The position numbers and the translations under genes were made by a program. From NCBI GenBank assembly GCA_024673055.1, contig GCA_024673055.1_4537.1: a DNA stretch of 64,000 nucleotides; one strand, written 5' to 3'. This DNA comes from a phage. Within the stretch, counting starts at the first letter, position 1. Every line of letters begins with the position of its first letter. Shown here one piece after another: positions 55,197 through 63,031 of this stretch. Under the pieces are notes generated by a model. It had not been told where the DNA came from and did not search any database. It saw only the letters and a list, made by a program, of their open reading frames with translations.

Positions 55197-55583
55197 TTAT
55201 TCAATATAAATCAAATTATCTTCACCAATGTAAGCCGACACGTCCGGCATGAATTTAGCGGCATTTGTTAGGCGGTTCGCCGTGTTAGTGGTGTATATTT
55301 CAGGTCGATCCCAAAAGCCTACGCCGTGACTGTTACGGGTAAAATGTAAATCATTTCCGATCTGGTTGGCTGTTGCGCCGTCGCTCATTGCCTCAGAGAT
55401 AGCGGCAAGATTAGCATTAATAAAGGCTGTTACATCCTGGGCGATCCGTTTGTCCGCGCTAGGAGAAAAATCATAATCGTCTAAGTTATCAATAAAATTA
55501 CCTTCATGATCCCTTGCTGATTCAGCAAAAATAAAGGCTTCTTTATAGCCGTTGATGACTTCGTTAATGATTTCTGTTTTCAT
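55197..55583 (-). CDS. hypothetical protein
   Basis: 128-aa track ORF. Confidence 0.5.
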   Translation of the reverse strand: MKTEIINEVINGYKEAFIFAESARDHEGNFIDNLDDYDFSPSADKRIAQDVTAFINANLAAISEAMSDGATANQIGNDLHFTRNSHGVGFWDRPEIYTTNTANRLTNAAKFMPDVSAYIGEDNLIYIE

Positions 55584-55804
55584 GCTGTACGCTCGACAAT
55601 AATAATGGTTTGCGGGATCTCGTTTTCTGCAACTATCAAGGCTTTTTTCTGCGTAATAGATATTTTAACACGTTGTAAACTAGCGGTAAAGTCTTTCATT
55701 TCATTGTGTGCGGACTTCGTGCAATGCCAGATCTCAGGCTTACCAATTTGTAAGCCGCGTAAAAATTCCGTTTTTCCTATTTTGTTCGTGATCATTTGTT
55801 TCAC
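55580..55804 (-). CDS. hypothetical protein
   Basis: 74-aa track ORF. Confidence 0.45.
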   Translation of the reverse strand: MKQMITNKIGKTEFLRGLQIGKPEIWHCTKSAHNEMKDFTASLQRVKISITQKKALIVAENEIPQTIIIVERTA

Positions 55805-55805
55805 C

Positions 55806-55910
55806 TTAACCGATACCGTGGGAAGATAGGATCATGTTAGCCATAGTTGCAACCACTCCAACCGATAACGCCAGGCCCACTATTACAACCGTGAAAATTT
55901 TCTCTAACAT
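55806..55910 (-). CDS. small membrane protein (34 aa)
   Basis: ATG 55910; hydrophobic; below cutoff. Confidence 0.3.
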   Translation of the reverse strand: MLEKIFTVVIVGLALSVGVVATMANMILSSHGIG

Positions 55911-55928
55911 GATTCTACCCTCATTAAT

Positions 55929-55990
55929 GGGCGTTGCCTTATTGCCCCGCCCTACGAAATACATTCTACCCGATTTATAATTGTTGTCAA
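55929..55990 (-). promoter_or_regulatory. promoter + stem-loop cassette (degenerate)
   Basis: TTGACA at 55985-55990 (- strand); imperfect GC-rich hairpin. Confidence 0.4.
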
Positions 55991-55991
55991 A

Positions 55992-56261
55992 TTATTTTTT
56001 CAAGCTTGACCACTCAAAACACGGGGCGATCTCGTTAAAACTTGCACCCTGTAAAGCACATAATTTTTTAGCAATAGCCGCCGTAACCTGGCGTTGTACG
56101 CGCGGATCTGCTACTGATTGGAGAAAGTAGGCGGCTTTATATGTGATCATGCTTTCGCCTGTTTCCTTGTTAACATGATGCACTATTTTAGCCTTATCAT
56201 CTTTTACCAGGATGTAACCGGATTCGATGGCCTTGATTGCAACGTCCAATGATATTTTCAT
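55992..56261 (-). CDS. hypothetical protein
   Basis: 89-aa track ORF. Confidence 0.45.
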   Translation of the reverse strand: MKISLDVAIKAIESGYILVKDDKAKIVHHVNKETGESMITYKAAYFLQSVADPRVQRQVTAAIAKKLCALQGASFNEIAPCFEWSSLKK

Positions 56262-56308
56262 GATTTACCTCTTTATTGACGGCGGGGAATACTCCCCCGC
56301 CTCATTAA

Positions 56309-56479
56309 TTATTCTTCATCGTCGCTGTTATAGTATTCAATGCCATTTTCATCGGTTACGGTGATGTTAACGCCACCGATAGCAACACGATCACGGGCAA
56401 ACGTCATAGCTTCATTTAAATCTTCAGACCAAAAAATATTGTGACCTTTGCGCGATACATAAAACATAGTCGGGATCAT
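56309..56479 (-). CDS. hypothetical protein (56 aa)
   Basis: Track ORF 56309..56563 trimmed: N-terminal 28 codons are translation of the conserved cassette hairpin (YHIGRRNGP). Confidence 0.4.
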   Translation of the reverse strand: MIPTMFYVSRKGHNIFWSEDLNEAMTFARDRVAIGGVNITVTDENGIEYYNSDDEE

Positions 56480-56498
56480 GATTTGTTTCTCTTCTGTT

Positions 56499-56563
56499 GT
56501 GAGCGGTGGACCATTCCGCCGCCCTATGTGGTAAACTTTACTACGTTGTTTGCGTGCTGTCAA
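56499..56563 (-). promoter_or_regulatory. promoter + stem-loop cassette
   Basis: TTGACA 56558-56563 (- strand); hairpin GGCGGTGGACCATTCCGCCGCC. Confidence 0.5.
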
Positions 56564-56564
56564 A

Positions 56565-56849
56565 TTATTTTTTAATGTTTTGCCCTACAAAATTAATCAT
56601 TTCCTTAAGCTGTCTCTCTGTCATGATCGTACCTGGTAACTCTTCTTTAATTTCTTCCGGTAAATAGATATTACCGCGCCAGGTTAACAAACAACCGTTT
56701 TGATCTTCGCAGATAGAATAAGAAAACATCCACTCGCAATCATTTTCAAGCTCCCAAAAACACAAAAAGTCTTCTTTCCCTAAGTTTTCAACGGTTAAAC
56801 ATAATCCGCGACGTGCTGCATAATTAGTTAGGCTTTTTGTAATTTTCAT
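56565..56849 (-). CDS. hypothetical protein
   Basis: 94-aa track ORF. Confidence 0.45.
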   Translation of the reverse strand: MKITKSLTNYAARRGLCLTVENLGKEDFLCFWELENDCEWMFSYSICEDQNGCLLTWRGNIYLPEEIKEELPGTIMTERQLKEMINFVGQNIKK

Positions 56850-56870
56850 GATTTTTCTCTCTTCTTGTGA

Positions 56871-56926
56871 GCGGCACCATTGCCGCCCTACAAGATATAT
56901 ATTATCAGACTAGGCGGACTTGTCAA
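56871..56926 (-). promoter_or_regulatory. promoter + stem-loop cassette
   Basis: Hairpin GCGGCA-CCAT-TGCCGC 56871-56886; TTGACA 56921-56926 (- strand). Confidence 0.55.
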
Positions 56927-56927
56927 A

Positions 56928-57038
56928 CTATTTTTTCTTTTTCTTTGCTTCCAACCGTCTAAAGTTACGGCTTGACTTATTGCGCAAGGCGCTTAGATCG
57001 TCGTACCCTTTCCATGCTTGCATATCTTTCGGATTCAT
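56928..57038 (-). CDS. small basic protein (36 aa)
   Basis: AAGGGGATAAC then ATG 57038; lysine-rich C-terminus. Confidence 0.3.
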   Translation of the reverse strand: MNPKDMQAWKGYDDLSALRNKSSRNFRRLEAKKKKK

Positions 57039-57047
57039 GTTATCCCC

Positions 57048-57209
57048 TTACTTGTTAGCCGGATCATATACCAGGACCGCGCCGCTTGCTTTCACGCTTT
57101 CCGCTTCATAGTTGCGCAGATCGTTTTCTGTAAGATTGAGCGCGATCACTTCCTCGATCTCAACGCCAGCGGCAAGGGCGATCTCTTTGATAATATCTGT
57201 TGTTTTCAT
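57048..57209 (-). CDS. small hypothetical protein (53 aa)
   Basis: ATG 57209; no internal stops. Confidence 0.3.
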   Translation of the reverse strand: MKTTDIIKEIALAAGVEIEEVIALNLTENDLRNYEAESVKASGAVLVYDPANK

Positions 57210-57219
57210 GGTGTGCACC

Positions 57220-57339
57220 TTATAAGATGATTAATAAGATAGTGACAACGAAAGCGATTATACTGATGGCAAATGTCATCTTTTTACCTTCGGATACTGC
57301 CGGATTCTCTACCGTGTATTCTACTGTGTACTTGCTCAT
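57220..57339 (-). CDS. small membrane protein (39 aa)
   Basis: GAGGATTACACG then ATG 57339; C-terminal TM helix. Confidence 0.3.
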   Translation of the reverse strand: MSKYTVEYTVENPAVSEGKKMTFAISIIAFVVTILLIIL

Positions 57340-57362
57340 CGTGTAATCCTCTCGTTTGCTTT

Positions 57363-57420
57363 GGGAACTATTCCCGCCGCCCTATGAATTAAATATACAC
57401 TATCTCAAAATGATTGCAAG
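57363..57420 (-). promoter_or_regulatory. promoter + stem-loop cassette (TTGCAA -35 variant)
   Basis: Hairpin GGGAACTATTCCC; TTGCAA at 57415-57420 (- strand). Confidence 0.4.
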
Positions 57421-57436
57421 CCTTTTTCTAAATTAT

Positions 57437-57721
57437 TTATGCAGTAAACAAACCATCATTTACAACGGCGGCGATGATCTCCCGTGCCATTGATTCAGGG
57501 AAAGGGGCGCTATAATCCTGGCTTGTCTCATCGGTATCGGTGATCCAATGATAAGCTAACGAGTAAAAGCCTTTACTAACTGTTTTCAGTGAGATGATGA
57601 TCACTCGGTCAAGCTTATTGGTGAATGTTGCCGTTAATGTGTTACCCTCCTGCGTCATGTTGGACAAGTAAGCTGGATCATTAATCAGGGAAAACATTAG
57701 CACGGTGTTAGCTTTACTCAT
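57437..57721 (-). CDS. hypothetical protein
   Basis: Track ORF trimmed to second ATG (57721) downstream of cassette hairpin. Confidence 0.45.
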   Translation of the reverse strand: MSKANTVLMFSLINDPAYLSNMTQEGNTLTATFTNKLDRVIIISLKTVSKGFYSLAYHWITDTDETSQDYSAPFPESMAREIIAAVVNDGLFTA

Positions 57722-57741
57722 GATTGCATCCTCAAAGGGGC

Positions 57742-57795
57742 GCGGCACCATTGCCGCCCTACACGATAACTATAACACAATGTAAAACAGGATCA
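57742..57795 (-). promoter_or_regulatory. promoter + stem-loop cassette (TTGATC -35 variant)
   Basis: Hairpin GCGGCA-CCAT-TGCCGC 57742-57757. Confidence 0.4.
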
Positions 57796-57999
57796 ACCTT
57801 TATTTTTCCACGGTGTTAGTTTGTTAATCATTGGTGATAAATAGCGTTTACCAACGTAAAACAGCACGCCAACTGATGCAACGGCGGCGACCTCATGCAT
57901 AGCCGACGGGAAACGGGTATCATAATAAGATCCAATAATAGCAATAGCGGCAACGGCTGCAACGTCGATAATGATTTTCTCTTGTTTTGCGGTGATCAT
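57793..57999 (-). CDS. small membrane protein
   Basis: 68 aa; two hydrophobic helices. Confidence 0.45.
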   Translation of the reverse strand: MITAKQEKIIIDVAAVAAIAIIGSYYDTRFPSAMHEVAAVASVGVLFYVGKRYLSPMINKLTPWKNKG

Positions 58000-58021
58000 A
58001 ATATTTACCTTTTTGTATGGT

Positions 58022-58078
58022 GGGGAACTATTCCCCGCCTGATGTAATACAGTTTAACAGGTCCGGTTATGGTGTCAA
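58022..58078 (-). promoter_or_regulatory. promoter + stem-loop cassette
   Basis: Hairpin GGGGAACTATTCCCC; TTGACA 58073-58078 (- strand). Confidence 0.5.
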
Positions 58079-58084
58079 CCACTT

Positions 58085-58270
58085 TTAAAGATATTTTATG
58101 CTAATGACGTTTTCAGGTTTTACCTTGTTATGATGTGCATCAACATAGATTAAACCATCGTCAGAAAAGCCCAGGATCACGCCCTGCGCGATAAAACCGT
58201 ACTCGTCACGGTAACGCACGGCTATTTTTAATGTTGCGTTGTAGGCTGTTTTAAGCTCGTTTAAAGTCAT
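58085..58270 (-). CDS. hypothetical protein
   Basis: 61-aa track ORF. Confidence 0.4.
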   Translation of the reverse strand: MTLNELKTAYNATLKIAVRYRDEYGFIAQGVILGFSDDGLIYVDAHHNKVKPENVISIKYL

Positions 58271-58300
58271 TTTTGTTTATCCTCTACATGTAAAAAGAAA

Positions 58301-58317
58301 GGGCGCTTGATGCGCCC
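58301..58317 (-). terminator. stem-loop (third copy of GGGCGCTTGATGCGCCC) with U-tract
   Basis: Hairpin followed on - strand by TTTCTTTTT. Confidence 0.45.
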
Positions 58318-58325
58318 TTGTTATG

Positions 58326-58472
58326 TTAATCCTCTAAATCCATCCAATTATATTTGTCACTCTTCCCGCGCTTTGTTTTATTGCGCTTGTCGCCTTTGCG
58401 GATCACTTCCTCGTTCCAGGCCTTGCGGATCTTGGAAGATTGGATTTTTTCTGCGCGATTAGATGTATTCAT
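58326..58472 (-). CDS. small basic protein (48 aa)
   Basis: ATG 58472 downstream of cassette; lysine/arginine-rich. Confidence 0.3.
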   Translation of the reverse strand: MNTSNRAEKIQSSKIRKAWNEEVIRKGDKRNKTKRGKSDKYNWMDLED

Positions 58473-58492
58473 TTTGTTTCCTCTTTATATGA

Positions 58493-58545
58493 GCGGCACC
58501 ATTGCCGCTATATTATTAATTTAAACTTTTTTGTAAAATTGTCAA
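58493..58545 (-). promoter_or_regulatory. promoter + stem-loop cassette
   Basis: Hairpin GCGGCA-CCAT-TGCCGC 58493-58508; TTGACA 58540-58545. Confidence 0.5.
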
Positions 58546-58551
58546 GGTTTA

Positions 58552-58905
58552 TCATTCATAAGAGCAAGCAAGGATCACGCCTGCAATATAAAGCCAATAA
58601 TTTTCCCTTTCTCGTTGGATTTTATCATCGCTGCTATTCTCTTTAATGTATCCCCAGGATGTTAACAAGCGATCAATTTCCCAATATTCGAAAGCGATAT
58701 TAATATCTGATGGCAAACCTTGTAACCATGATGCAAGTGCTTTAACAATACTATAATTAAAACGTGATTGGTTATCAGGGTACCAGTACTCGGAATTAAA
58801 ACGGCGCATCAATTCCGCGATCTTCTCTTTTTCGGTTGTAATACCGTAATCATTAAAATCGATAGCGGCAAGGATGTACTCTTTAATTGCATTTTGTGCT
58901 TTCAT
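58552..58905 (-). CDS. hypothetical protein
   Basis: 117-aa track ORF. Confidence 0.5.
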   Translation of the reverse strand: MKAQNAIKEYILAAIDFNDYGITTEKEKIAELMRRFNSEYWYPDNQSRFNYSIVKALASWLQGLPSDINIAFEYWEIDRLLTSWGYIKENSSDDKIQRERENYWLYIAGVILACSYE

Positions 58906-58923
58906 GGTTTTTCTCTCTTTTTA

Positions 58924-58980
58924 GCGGGAACTATTCCCGCCCTACGTGTAACAGTTTACTGAAAATTAAATCCGTGTCAA
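58924..58980 (-). promoter_or_regulatory. promoter + stem-loop cassette
   Basis: Hairpin GCGGGAA-CTA-TTCCCGC; TTGACA 58975-58980. Confidence 0.5.
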
Positions 58981-58983
58981 GCT

Positions 58984-59205
58984 TTATTTTGTTACTACCA
59001 TTTGGTACCCTGTCTCAATGTTAGTAAACACTGTTATCCCGTCCTGGCGTTCACTCATTAACATACAAGGCGCTAACATCCTTTCTACTGCCTTGCACTC
59101 GTTGTAAACGGCGGTTATATCTCCTGCGGCCTTGTCTTCTGTGGTGAATGTATCGTTTACGTAAACTTGACCAGCAACAACGGTGACAATAGCGAAAGTG
59201 ATCAT
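58984..59205 (-). CDS. hypothetical protein
   Basis: 73-aa track ORF; shares first 5 codons (MITFA) and upstream 20 nt with next gene. Confidence 0.45.
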   Translation of the reverse strand: MITFAIVTVVAGQVYVNDTFTTEDKAAGDITAVYNECKAVERMLAPCMLMSERQDGITVFTNIETGYQMVVTK

Positions 59206-59279
59206 GGTGTTTCCTTGTCAGTAGTGGTTTCTCTTCTCTATAGCGCCCATTATAAGGCGCTATAACGAAAAGTCAACGA

Positions 59280-59447
59280 TTATTTTTTAAGGCTTAAAGT
59301 GCCTAGCTTATCAGCGTGACGCAGACCAGGGAAGATCCATTTTCCTGATTCATCTTTTACAGGTGCTTTAAACGTAGCGCCCAGGTTGGCGGCGTTAACT
59401 TTACGGGCAACGTTGCGAGCGGCTTCACGGGTAGCGAAAGTGATCAT
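59280..59447 (-). CDS. small hypothetical protein (55 aa)
   Basis: ATG 59447; N-terminus MITFA duplicated from 58984..59205. Confidence 0.35.
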   Translation of the reverse strand: MITFATREAARNVARKVNAANLGATFKAPVKDESGKWIFPGLRHADKLGTLSLKK

Positions 59448-59472
59448 GGTGTTTTCCTCTTCTCTTTGTTAG

Positions 59473-59558
59473 GCGGTGGACCATTCCGCCGCCTTGATGT
59501 AATACAGTTTACTTTATTTTATTAAGATTGCAAGCGGTTTTATGAAATAATTGTCAAA
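59473..59558 (-). promoter_or_regulatory. promoter + stem-loop cassette
   Basis: Hairpin GGCGGTGGACCATTCCGCCGCC; TTGACA 59553-59558. Confidence 0.5.
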
Positions 59559-59755
59559 GTAAAATCATAAGACTGATTTAATTTATATTGTACTTTATTG
59601 CCGTAGTAGTCACCTTTACGTAAAGATCCGCGAATACCTATCACATCCTTTACATCTTTAAGATTTTTTACGCCTGTAATGTCTTTATTGAAATACTCGT
59701 CATCTGAAAATAAAACTTGACTTGCATTTTTTAACAGTGTGCGGATATTGGCCAT
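59540..59755 (-). CDS. hypothetical protein
   Basis: 71-aa track ORF. Confidence 0.4.
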   Translation of the reverse strand: MANIRTLLKNASQVLFSDDEYFNKDITGVKNLKDVKDVIGIRGSLRKGDYYGNKVQYKLNQSYDFTLTIIS

Positions 59756-59780
59756 CGTAATAATCTCTCTTCTGTTGTGA

Positions 59781-59836
59781 GCGGCACCATTGCCGCCCTA
59801 CGTAATACAGTTTACTCTTTTTCTTTCCGGTGTCAA
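59781..59836 (-). promoter_or_regulatory. promoter + stem-loop cassette
   Basis: Hairpin GCGGCA-CCAT-TGCCGC 59781-59796; TTGACA 59831-59836. Confidence 0.55.
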
Positions 59837-59845
59837 CAATCTTTT

Positions 59846-60073
59846 TCAGATTAATTCGTCCAGGCATAACAGGCGATCAACGTTGAGATCGGTTAGGCTG
59901 ATGGTTGGCACCTGGTAGGATTCGATGTACTCAACGCTTGCATATTCCCCAAAATTAGCAACAGCCCACTTATTCAAGATCTCACATACATCATTAATCT
60001 TTTTGTTTGTTACAACGGCAATGACCTGGGAAGTGCCAACGGTGCCAGATACGCGAACAATATTGATAGCCAT
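59846..60073 (-). CDS. hypothetical protein
   Basis: 75-aa track ORF. Confidence 0.45.
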   Translation of the reverse strand: MAINIVRVSGTVGTSQVIAVVTNKKINDVCEILNKWAVANFGEYASVEYIESYQVPTISLTDLNVDRLLCLDELI

Positions 60074-60085
60074 AATCTTTAATCT

Positions 60086-60154
60086 CTCTGTTTTGGCGGG
60101 AAACCACTTCCCGCCCTATGTGATACATCTTACACTAATTTTAAACGTTGTCAA
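60086..60154 (-). promoter_or_regulatory. promoter + stem-loop cassette
   Basis: Hairpin GGCGGGAA-ACCAC-TTCCCGCC 60086-60106; TTGACA 60149-60154. Confidence 0.55.
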
Positions 60155-60163
60155 CTGTTTTTA

Positions 60164-60403
60164 TTACATTCCAACCATCGCGGCACGGATCGCAGTAGTG
60201 CTATATTTGAAACCGTCTGGCGTTTTATCTTGTCCAGTTTGTTCCAGAAAAAGCATCATATCCCGCGCCGCATCATTACGATTAGCATTAGCGTTAATAA
60301 AATCTTGGGCCAACCGGTATAACGATTCATCGTTATTAATCCAAAGGCTTACATTCCAATGATTTTTGTTTTTGTGACCGTTGTACATTTTAGATTTAGC
60401 CAT
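60164..60403 (-). CDS. hypothetical protein
   Basis: 79-aa track ORF. Confidence 0.45.
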   Translation of the reverse strand: MAKSKMYNGHKNKNHWNVSLWINNDESLYRLAQDFINANANRNDAARDMMLFLEQTGQDKTPDGFKYSTTAIRAAMVGM

Positions 60404-60427
60404 GATTTTTCTCTCTTTTTCAGTGAG

Positions 60428-60486
60428 GCGGGAAGTGTTCCCGCTCTCTATGTAATATAGTTTACTCTTTCTATTCGTGCTGTCAA
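60428..60486 (-). promoter_or_regulatory. promoter + stem-loop cassette
   Basis: Hairpin GCGGGAAGTGTTCCCGC; TTGACA 60481-60486. Confidence 0.5.
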
Positions 60487-60492
60487 TGCTTT

Positions 60493-60876
60493 TTATAAAT
60501 CTTTTTTACGTTTTACATCGCTCGCATGACTGTATACAGTGATCCCATTGTCACGGCAAAAACGGGAAAGGTAGGCATAATTTGAAAACTCTTTACCTTC
60601 CAGGTTGATAACCTTGCTAAACTCTTCTAGGGCAACGGTATCAAAATGATCACCATAGCCATATTGAAACGGAACGTTAACCACCTCGATCAGTTTACCG
60701 CCGATCTCAACGTCAACCATTAAAGAAAAATATGTGTTACCGTAGGACCGTTGAAACCAGCGACGGGCGCTAATATGCACCGCCTCAATGCTGGATAATT
60801 CAATTTTAGCCGTGTTAGCCATGGTAGCATAAGCGGAAACATTAATATTAATAGCCATGATGATAACCTTTTTCAT
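60493..60876 (-). CDS. hypothetical protein
   Basis: 127-aa track ORF. Confidence 0.5.
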   Translation of the reverse strand: MKKVIIMAININVSAYATMANTAKIELSSIEAVHISARRWFQRSYGNTYFSLMVDVEIGGKLIEVVNVPFQYGYGDHFDTVALEEFSKVINLEGKEFSNYAYLSRFCRDNGITVYSHASDVKRKKDL

Positions 60877-60880
60877 TGTT

Positions 60881-60940
60881 GGCGGGAAACCACTTCCCGC
60901 CTTATGTGGTAAACTATACCAGAAGTTTAAACAGTGTCAA
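60881..60940 (-). promoter_or_regulatory. promoter + stem-loop cassette
   Basis: Hairpin GGCGGGAAACCACTTCCCGCC; TTGACA 60935-60940. Confidence 0.5.
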
Positions 60941-60946
60941 CCGTTT

Positions 60947-61309
60947 TTATTCGTAAATTTTACCGCTTTCGGCCCATACCATAACGCGGCGCATACTATC
61001 CCAAGTGTTTTGATCCAAGTTTAAGCCGTGCAACTCTTCGGTACTTCCCAGACCAGGTACCGCCTTGTTGTAAGTTGCATATAAGCGCCCTTGATACTCA
61101 TACGCCAGGGTGAGATCCGTTTGAATCATCTTTTTAAGCATAGCATTAAGCATCATATTAGCGGCATGTTGATCACGTTTTAGCGGTAACATATCAATAA
61201 GGGCGCGATAAGCTGAAACATGAATATCAACCGTTTCACGTGGTAAATTTTTCATATCATCGCGGAAAGATACCAGATTAAACATGATAGTATTGATTTG
61301 CTTGCTCAT
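60947..61309 (-). CDS. hypothetical protein
   Basis: 120-aa track ORF. Confidence 0.5.
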   Translation of the reverse strand: MSKQINTIMFNLVSFRDDMKNLPRETVDIHVSAYRALIDMLPLKRDQHAANMMLNAMLKKMIQTDLTLAYEYQGRLYATYNKAVPGLGSTEELHGLNLDQNTWDSMRRVMVWAESGKIYE

Positions 61310-61330
61310 TGTGTTACCCTTTTTTGTTTT

Positions 61331-61391
61331 GGCGGTGGACCATTCCGCCGCCCTATGTGATACATCTTATCAGATTAAAAAACGTTGTCAA
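61331..61391 (-). promoter_or_regulatory. promoter + stem-loop cassette
   Basis: Hairpin GGCGGTGGACCATTCCGCCGCC; TTGACA 61386-61391. Confidence 0.5.
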
Positions 61392-61400
61392 GAATATTTT

Positions 61401-61496
61401 TTAGAAAATAATAGCCGCTACTACAACCCAAAATGGAACGGCGAAAATGATAGCGTTAATCGTTCCAACCGTCAAGCTATTTTCTTTATTAATCAT
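61401..61496 (-). CDS. small membrane protein (31 aa)
   Basis: ATG 61496; hydrophobic C-terminal half. Confidence 0.3.
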   Translation of the reverse strand: MINKENSLTVGTINAIIFAVPFWVVVAAIIF

Positions 61497-61525
61497 TGCA
61501 AACCTCTTGCATAATTTCACTATGA

Positions 61526-61582
61526 GCGGCACCATTGCCGCCCTACGTGGTAAATATTATGCCAGTGGCGGCGATATGTCAA
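61526..61582 (-). promoter_or_regulatory. promoter + stem-loop cassette
   Basis: Hairpin GCGGCA-CCAT-TGCCGC 61526-61541; TTGACA 61577-61582. Confidence 0.55.
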
Positions 61583-62145
61583 AGACTATTTTCAAAGTTT
61601 TCTAGCGCGATCCTTTTTTCTTCCTCTGTCGGCTGATAATCAGGAAAAGCATCAACACACAACAACGGCGGGATCTCTTCGTACTCTTCCTCTTCCGTTG
61701 TCTCCTCGTCTTCCTCCTGGGCTATGGCTGCAATTTTGGCTAATTTTCTTTCAGCTTGAATCAATTTACCATCAAGTACGTTTTTTGCCATGTTGTAAGC
61801 GGTCCAGGTGATGCGCTTACTTTCCAGGGCTTGATCGAGCGCCGCTATCTTGCTGGGGTATTCATCCAGGACACGAAAAGCCGGATCAATTTTGTACAAA
61901 GGATTATCTTTCGCGCCGTCGCTCGCATCTTCCGCACTGGATAAATCAGCGTTACCATTTGCCAGCCAACCAGGGCGCACATAACGCGCTTTTACGTTGC
62001 CGTTACTACGTGCTAATCTGTTACCTATTTGCTCACCGCTATATCCCGTGGATTCATCGATAAGATGATCGGGAATGATGCGCGGATCATCTGCTTCATG
62101 TTTTACCCAAGACTGGATCACATATTCGCGGCCCATATTAACCAC
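61579..62145 (-). CDS. hypothetical protein with acidic C-terminal region
   Basis: 188-aa track ORF. Confidence 0.5.
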   Translation of the reverse strand: MVNMGREYVIQSWVKHEADDPRIIPDHLIDESTGYSGEQIGNRLARSNGNVKARYVRPGWLANGNADLSSAEDASDGAKDNPLYKIDPAFRVLDEYPSKIAALDQALESKRITWTAYNMAKNVLDGKLIQAERKLAKIAAIAQEEDEETTEEEEYEEIPPLLCVDAFPDYQPTEEEKRIALENFENSL

Positions 62146-62395
62146 CTTTTTTCAACAATTGGCATACTTTAAAAAGACTTGCTGAATCCTTGCAAGGGTA
62201 GAAAGATGTACGATAATCACGTACGCCAACCTTGCGGATCTCGATGTTTTCGCATGTTGTTTGATCAAAGATATTTATTTCATCCCGCCCCCTTATATAA
62301 ACATAGTGGGGATGTATTAACGCATATTTTGCTAATCTGTAAAAAGCGTTATCTTTGAACGCGATCACGTGACCTTTTAATTTGATGTAAAACAT
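62138..62395 (-). CDS. hypothetical protein
   Basis: 85-aa track ORF. Confidence 0.45.
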   Translation of the reverse strand: MFYIKLKGHVIAFKDNAFYRLAKYALIHPHYVYIRGRDEINIFDQTTCENIEIRKVGVRDYRTSFYPCKDSASLFKVCQLLKKGG

Positions 62396-62413
62396 TCTAC
62401 CACCTTACAAATA

Positions 62414-62468
62414 GCGGGAACTATTCCCGCTTTATGTAACATATTAACAAATTAGTCGTTAATGTCAA
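62414..62468 (-). promoter_or_regulatory. promoter + stem-loop cassette
   Basis: Hairpin GCGGGAA-CTA-TTCCCGC; TTGACA 62463-62468. Confidence 0.5.
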
Positions 62469-62471
62469 ACC

Positions 62472-62744
62472 TTAAAGCAAAAACGCTACATCTTGCGCTT
62501 TTAGTGTAGTGTCGATCATTTTCGGGCTTTTATAATCCACAAAGCGCGCGGTTTTTTCAATAGCAAAACCGAGATAATCTTGCTTGTTGAAATTACATTC
62601 TTTCTTAAATGTTTCCCGTGCAATGGCAATCGCTGCGTCCAGGGATAAACGCCCGTCAATATTGATATTAGCGAAAGATCCGCCACCGCTCATAGGTTTA
62701 CCAGTTGTGCCAGCTACGATCATTGTTGCGCTATATGATGCCAT
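62472..62744 (-). CDS. hypothetical protein
   Basis: Track ORF 62472..62801 trimmed: first 19 codons (MYHIGRRNGP...) are the translated cassette hairpin. Confidence 0.45.
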   Translation of the reverse strand: MASYSATMIVAGTTGKPMSGGGSFANINIDGRLSLDAAIAIARETFKKECNFNKQDYLGFAIEKTARFVDYKSPKMIDTTLKAQDVAFLL

Positions 62745-62766
62745 GATGATAATCTCTCTGTTGTGA

Positions 62767-62827
62767 GCGGCTGGACCATTCCGCCGCCCTATGTGATACA
62801 TCTTATCAGGTTGTTGTTTGTTGTCAA
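62767..62827 (-). promoter_or_regulatory. promoter + stem-loop cassette
   Basis: Hairpin GGCTGGACCATTCCGCCGCC; TTGACA 62822-62827. Confidence 0.5.
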
Positions 62828-62833
62828 TACTTT

Positions 62834-63031
62834 TTATTCTATCCCTGCAATTTGATTAACGCGCTTGCATTTTGTAGCGTGCTGGTCTTCTGTAATGACT
62901 CCCATTTCTAACAAGGAATCAATAAAAGATAAAACCGTTTCATGATCATCCTGGGGATGACTGAACTCAGTAAAACCATTTACCACGACGCTGATTTGTC
63001 CTGCTTTCGCTACTATGTGCAATGTTGCCAT
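62834..63031 (-). CDS. hypothetical protein
   Basis: 65-aa track ORF; first (most upstream) gene of the array. Confidence 0.4.
   Translation of the reverse strand: MATLHIVAKAGQISVVVNGFTEFSHPQDDHETVLSFIDSLLEMGVITEDQHATKCKRVNQIAGIE

Noticed and set aside
52294-63031. Possible CRISPR array, given about 20 copies of a conserved GC-rich repeat
   Set aside because: Repeat spacing is irregular (about 200-600 bp), the intervening sequences are protein-coding ORFs with SD sites, and the repeats are 55-70 bp promoter + hairpin units rather than 28-37 bp direct repeats with 30-40 bp spacers
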